From Candidatus Hydrogenedentota bacterium (GTDB lineage Bacteria; Hydrogenedentota; Hydrogenedentia; Hydrogenedentales; SLHB01): DNA of 20,199 bases. Positions within the stretch are counted from its first letter, which is position 1. Every line of letters begins with the position of its first letter. Made by a program: the position numbers and the translations under genes. This document shows positions 16,581-20,199 of the stretch, piece after piece. Under the pieces are notes generated by a model. It saw nothing but the letters and a program-made list of their open reading frames with translations, ran no database searches and was not told the origin of the DNA. The stretch is taken from positions 1-20,199 of the forward strand of contig BTVY01000078.1 of the NCBI GenBank assembly GCA_045863335.1, in the 5' to 3' direction.

Positions 16581-17057
16581 ATGGCGACCATCACGTTTAC
16601 CCTAAACGGTGCCGCTCAGACTGTGGAGACCGATCCCGAACGGCTACTCCTGGAGGTTCTCCGGGAGGATCTGGATCTGACTGGAACCAAATACGGATGC
16701 GGCGAAGGGAGTTGCCGGTCGTGCACGGTCCTCGTGGATGGACGGCCGCTCGCGTCGTGCCAAGTGCCGATTGCGAAGGTTGAGGGCAAGGACCTGATCA
16801 CGATCGAGGGGCTTGCCAAAGGCGAGACCTTGCATCCGGTACAAGAGGCGTTCATCGCGGAGGGGGCGATGCAGTGCGGCTACTGCGTGCCGGGGATGAT
16901 CCTCACGGCGGTGGCGCTGCTGGAGCACAATCCGAAACCCACGCGCGGAGAGATCGTGGAGTTTATGGATGGGAACCTCTGCCGCTGCTGCAACTACGTG
17001 AACATCGTCAACGCGGTTGAAGCCGCATCGAAGTCGATGCAGGAGGCGAAGGCGTGA
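16581..17057 (+). CDS. 2x[2Fe-2S] small subunit of a xanthine-oxidase-family molybdoenzyme (IorA/CoxS-like)
   Basis: GTKYGCGEGSCRSCTV...SC, TIEGL, QCGYCVPG, GNLCRC; GGAG RBS. Confidence 0.93.
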   Translation: MATITFTLNGAAQTVETDPERLLLEVLREDLDLTGTKYGCGEGSCRSCTVLVDGRPLASCQVPIAKVEGKDLITIEGLAKGETLHPVQEAFIAEGAMQCGYCVPGMILTAVALLEHNPKPTRGEIVEFMDGNLCRCCNYVNIVNAVEAASKSMQEAKA

Positions 17058-19198
17058 TGAAAGCGGAACTGCGAGACACGGAACCGGAACGCTACGAGTT
17101 CAGCGAAGGCCCTCGATATACGTTTAGTCTGTCGCGCCGCGCGTTCGTGCAGGTGGTGGGCGCGGGATTGTTGATTACGTCGGTGGGGGGCATCAGCTTT
17201 GCACAACGGCGGCCGGGACAAGGTGTGCCGGGGGTGAGCCGGTTTCGCATCGATGCGGATGGCACGGTGACAGTCTACACGGGGAAGGTGGAAGTGGGCC
17301 AGGGATCGCGGACACAGATCGGCCAGGCGGCGGCGGAGGAATTGCACGTGCCGCTCGATCGGGTGGTGCTTGTGATGGGCGATACCGATCAGGTGCCGGA
17401 TGACGGCGGCACCTATGGGAGCCAGACGACGCCACGGACGATTCCCACCGTGCGCAATGCGGCGGCCGCGGCGCGGGAATTGCTAATCGAACTCGCGTGC
17501 AATCATTGGGGCGCAAAAACGGATGGGGCGGAGGTGGAGAACGGCGTCATTACGCATTCCAACGGCAAGACCTTGACTCTGGCGGAGTTGGTCGCCGCGA
17601 TAGCGGACGTGAACAGCGCGTTGTCTCAAGCGGAGCCTGGCGATGAGAAGCTGACTCCGCCCGACGCGTGGAAGACGCTGGGCCAGTCGGTGATCAAGAC
17701 CGATGCGCGCGCGATTGCGACCGGCGCGCATAAATACCCTTCGGACATTAAACGCCCCGGGATGGTGTATGGCAGGATCCTGCGCCCGCCTTCGTATGGC
17801 GCAACGCTCAAGGCGGTCGACGTGGACGCTGTGAAGAGCCTGGACGGAGCTGCTGCATTTCGCGATGGCGACTTCGTGGGCGTGACGGCCAAAACAAGTT
17901 TTCTCGCACAGCAAGCGCTTGACAAACTTGCCGCAACGGCGGAATGGGAAAGGGCGCCTCATCCTTCCAGCGCGGACTTGTTCACCTATCTCAAGTTGGA
18001 ATCCCAAGGGGCCGACAGGCACCGCGCGCGGGAGGAGACGGCTGGCGATGTGGATTCTGCTTTTGCAAGCGCGAAGCAAACTGTACAAGGAACATACAAC
18101 GTTTCCTACATTCAGCACGCGCCAATGGAACCGCGCGCGGCGGTGGCTGAATGGGACGCCGGAAAGCTCACGGTTTGGACCGGTACCCAAGTGCCCTTCG
18201 GAGTGCGGGAGGAATTGGCAATAGCCTTCAGCATACCCGAAGAGAAGGTCCGCGTCATTCAACCAGACTGCGGCGGGGGATTCGGCGGCAAGCATCGGGG
18301 CGACGCGGCGGTGGAAGCAGCCCGCCTTGCGAAGGCTGTGGAGAAACCCGTGGCCGTGCTTTGGACCCGGGAAGAGGAATTCACGTGGGCGTACTTTCGT
18401 CCCGCAGGGGTGCTGGAGATCGCCGCCGCGCTTGATGAAGACGGCTCGGTCACCGCGTGGGATATCAAAAACTTCAACTCCGGAATGGCAGCTATTGGAT
18501 GCCCGTATGCCTTTCCGCACCAGCGGATTCGGTTTCAGCCTTGCCAGTCACCATTGAGAGAAGGATCGTATCGCGCACTCGCCGCGCCGGCGAACAACTT
18601 TGCACGGGAAGCGTTTATCGACCGTATCGTGGCGGCGGTTGGCGAAGATCCGTTGGAATTTCGACTCAAGTATCTTGGAGACAGTGTGCTCGGCGAGCGA
18701 CTCAGGCATGTATTGATGGCGGCTGCCGAATCCTTCGGTTGGGCAACGCGGAATCGAAGTTCCGCGTGCGGACTTGCTTGCGGCACGGAAAAGGGCTCCT
18801 ACGTGGCCACCTGCGCGGAGGTGGTCGTCGACTCCGAAGCAAATAAGATCGAGGTGAAACGCATTTGTGTCGCCTTCGAATGCGGGGCGATTCAGAATCC
18901 GAAGAACCTGCGCGCGCAGGTGGAAGGGTGTATCGTCATGGGCCTGGGCGGGGCGCTCAGCGAATCCATCGAGTTTGAGAACGGCGCGATCCTGAATCCG
19001 CGTTTCAAAGACTACGCCGTGCCGTGTTTCACGGACGTGCCGCCGATTGAGGTGGTGTTGTTGAATCGTCCCGATCTACCGTCGGTCGGCGCGGGCGAAA
19101 CGCCCATGATCGCGATCGCGCCGGCGATTGCGAATGCTATGTTCGCGGCGACGGGTACCCCGCCGGAGGTGTTGCCGCTGCGGAAGGCGCTGGCCTGA
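17054..19198 (+). CDS. Molybdopterin-binding large subunit (isoquinoline 1-oxidoreductase beta / IorB-like) with Tat signal
   Basis: SRRAFVQ twin-arginine signal, KVEVGQG, AAEEL, HAPMEP, GGGFGGK, WTREEEF, QVEG, GAGE...IAPAIANA; GTGA overlap with the small subunit. Confidence 0.9.
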   Translation: MMKAELRDTEPERYEFSEGPRYTFSLSRRAFVQVVGAGLLITSVGGISFAQRRPGQGVPGVSRFRIDADGTVTVYTGKVEVGQGSRTQIGQAAAEELHVPLDRVVLVMGDTDQVPDDGGTYGSQTTPRTIPTVRNAAAAARELLIELACNHWGAKTDGAEVENGVITHSNGKTLTLAELVAAIADVNSALSQAEPGDEKLTPPDAWKTLGQSVIKTDARAIATGAHKYPSDIKRPGMVYGRILRPPSYGATLKAVDVDAVKSLDGAAAFRDGDFVGVTAKTSFLAQQALDKLAATAEWERAPHPSSADLFTYLKLESQGADRHRAREETAGDVDSAFASAKQTVQGTYNVSYIQHAPMEPRAAVAEWDAGKLTVWTGTQVPFGVREELAIAFSIPEEKVRVIQPDCGGGFGGKHRGDAAVEAARLAKAVEKPVAVLWTREEEFTWAYFRPAGVLEIAAALDEDGSVTAWDIKNFNSGMAAIGCPYAFPHQRIRFQPCQSPLREGSYRALAAPANNFAREAFIDRIVAAVGEDPLEFRLKYLGDSVLGERLRHVLMAAAESFGWATRNRSSACGLACGTEKGSYVATCAEVVVDSEANKIEVKRICVAFECGAIQNPKNLRAQVEGCIVMGLGGALSESIEFENGAILNPRFKDYAVPCFTDVPPIEVVLLNRPDLPSVGAGETPMIAIAPAIANAMFAATGTPPEVLPLRKALA

Positions 19199-19254
19199 GA
19201 GCGTATTCCACCCGAACCCTATGATGTCGCCTGGCGCGACCAACGGATAGAACG

Positions 19255-19330
19255 GGTCCACTGATGTCGCAGATTGCCGCTGACAAACACAAGATTTGAG
19301 GTCCACAGATTGCACAGATTTTCACAGATT
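19255..19330. repeat. Short tandem CACAGATT-type repeats in two degenerate ~30-bp units
   Basis: CACAGATT at 19304, 19313 and 19323; an upstream degenerate unit GGTCCACTGATGTCGCAGATTGCCGCTGAC at 19255 parallels GGTCCACAGATTGCACAGATTTTCACAGAT at 19300. Confidence 0.6.
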
Positions 19331-19445
19331 CAATACAGGAGAATATCTATAAGCTACGTGCATCAGAAGAAAGTAGTCGCGCGTGATTGACGTTGGCGAT
19401 CGCCGCGACATGGGTACCATCGTCACCGTATAAGCTCCAGCATGA

Positions 19446-20123
19446 TCAATAGGAATCGCCGAGATTCGTAATGTCGTCTTCTGGCGGCGGTGAATCTGCA
19501 GCCCCATCGACGATAGCGCCCAAGGGATACTGAACCCGCCCATCGGGGCCGCAAGAAATGATAAAGACAAGATGTTGACTATGGCCACTGGATGACCGTA
19601 CCGCAGATAATGAGTCAGGACCACCGTAGGATTTCAGTATAAGCTTCTCCACTTCCGTTCTGGGCGACCCATCGCGACTCGGCATGTAGAACAGATATGG
19701 ATTTCCCCATGCGTCGATGGCCGGGTAGTCGTGGGACTCAAGCAGGTCTACCCGAACGTCTGGCTCAAGGAGAACCTCGCCGGTTGTTCGGTCGGTCAGA
19801 AGTGAACAGAGCATTTCGGTGTGCCTAAGGATTGCTCCATAGGGCGGACCTGTGTCGAGGTCTACCGGCTCGACAAAAACATCTCGAAGGGACCCGGCTC
19901 CGGCGCTGTTGCAGAGCTTACCTGCTAGTTCCTCAAACGCTCGGATTTGCACAAGGGTAGCGACGTCTTTGCAGTCACACAGACCGACTCCAAACTTCGG
20001 CATCGACATCAACCTGAAGACAACAACTATAGATACGAAGAGACCTGTACCGAGGTAGATCAATCGAGGACGCCGAGCCGAGCGTTCCACCATTTCGTCT
20101 GTTTGCGAAACGTGTTTGCTCAA
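19446..20123 (-). CDS. Membrane-anchored hypothetical protein with a GspG/pseudopilin-like C-terminal region
   Basis: Single N-terminal TM segment (LIYLGTGLFVSIVVVF); DAWGNPYLFY, IISCGPDG and EDDITN resemble GspG C-terminal motifs; no G|FTLxE cleavage site; TTG start with GGAG RBS; visibly lower GC than neighbouring genes. Confidence 0.65.
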   Translation of the reverse strand: MSKHVSQTDEMVERSARRPRLIYLGTGLFVSIVVVFRLMSMPKFGVGLCDCKDVATLVQIRAFEELAGKLCNSAGAGSLRDVFVEPVDLDTGPPYGAILRHTEMLCSLLTDRTTGEVLLEPDVRVDLLESHDYPAIDAWGNPYLFYMPSRDGSPRTEVEKLILKSYGGPDSLSAVRSSSGHSQHLVFIISCGPDGRVQYPLGAIVDGAADSPPPEDDITNLGDSY

Positions 20124-20145
20124 TGTTCTATCTCCAAAGATTTGC

Positions 20146-20199
20146 GGCTCCTCACAAGAATCTGTGCAGAAGACAAGTTGAGGAGCATGTGCTAACGCG
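20146..20199. mobile_element. Probable terminus of an IS/MITE-like repeat element (23-bp terminal inverted repeat at 20146-20168)
   Basis: GGCTCCTCACAAGAATCTGTGCA is the exact reverse complement of 32-54; the sequence outward of it differs from that outward of the left copy. Confidence 0.6.

Noticed and set aside
19255-19330. CRISPR array
   Set aside because: The repeats are only 8-10 bp, there are no unique 25-45 bp spacers, and no cas genes are present.
19322-19624. 100-aa minus-strand ORF
   Set aside because: It overlaps the GspG-like gene in another frame and has no recognisable motif.

Overview
A GC-rich bacterial chromosomal segment; the style of the DUF1559/H-X9-DG prepilin protein suggests Candidatus Hydrogenedentes or a similar lineage (inference). 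Left to right it holds: an Rv2258c-like SAM methyltransferase downstream of a large ATPase-TPR-LuxR regulator; an SDR/DUF2867 oxidoreductase; glutathione-independent formaldehyde dehydrogenase (fdhA); a heme-uptake operon (hmuT-hmuU-hmuV-hmuS) headed by a type IV pilin-like DUF1559 protein instead of a TonB-dependent receptor; a cluster of small general-stress genes (CBS protein, an entericidin missing from the ORF track, DUF1328, a lipoprotein, CsbD) with three sigma-54 -24/-12 promoters; a Tat-exported intradiol dioxygenase and a secreted helical protein; a two-subunit IorAB-like molybdoenzyme; and a GspG-like protein. A perfect 23-bp inverted repeat (32-54 / 20146-20168) brackets the window and is probably the ends of a multicopy IS/MITE. 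The best candidate for an undescribed system is the pilin-like protein plus heme ABC plus HemS operon, with its own palindrome-overlapped promoter and structured leader.
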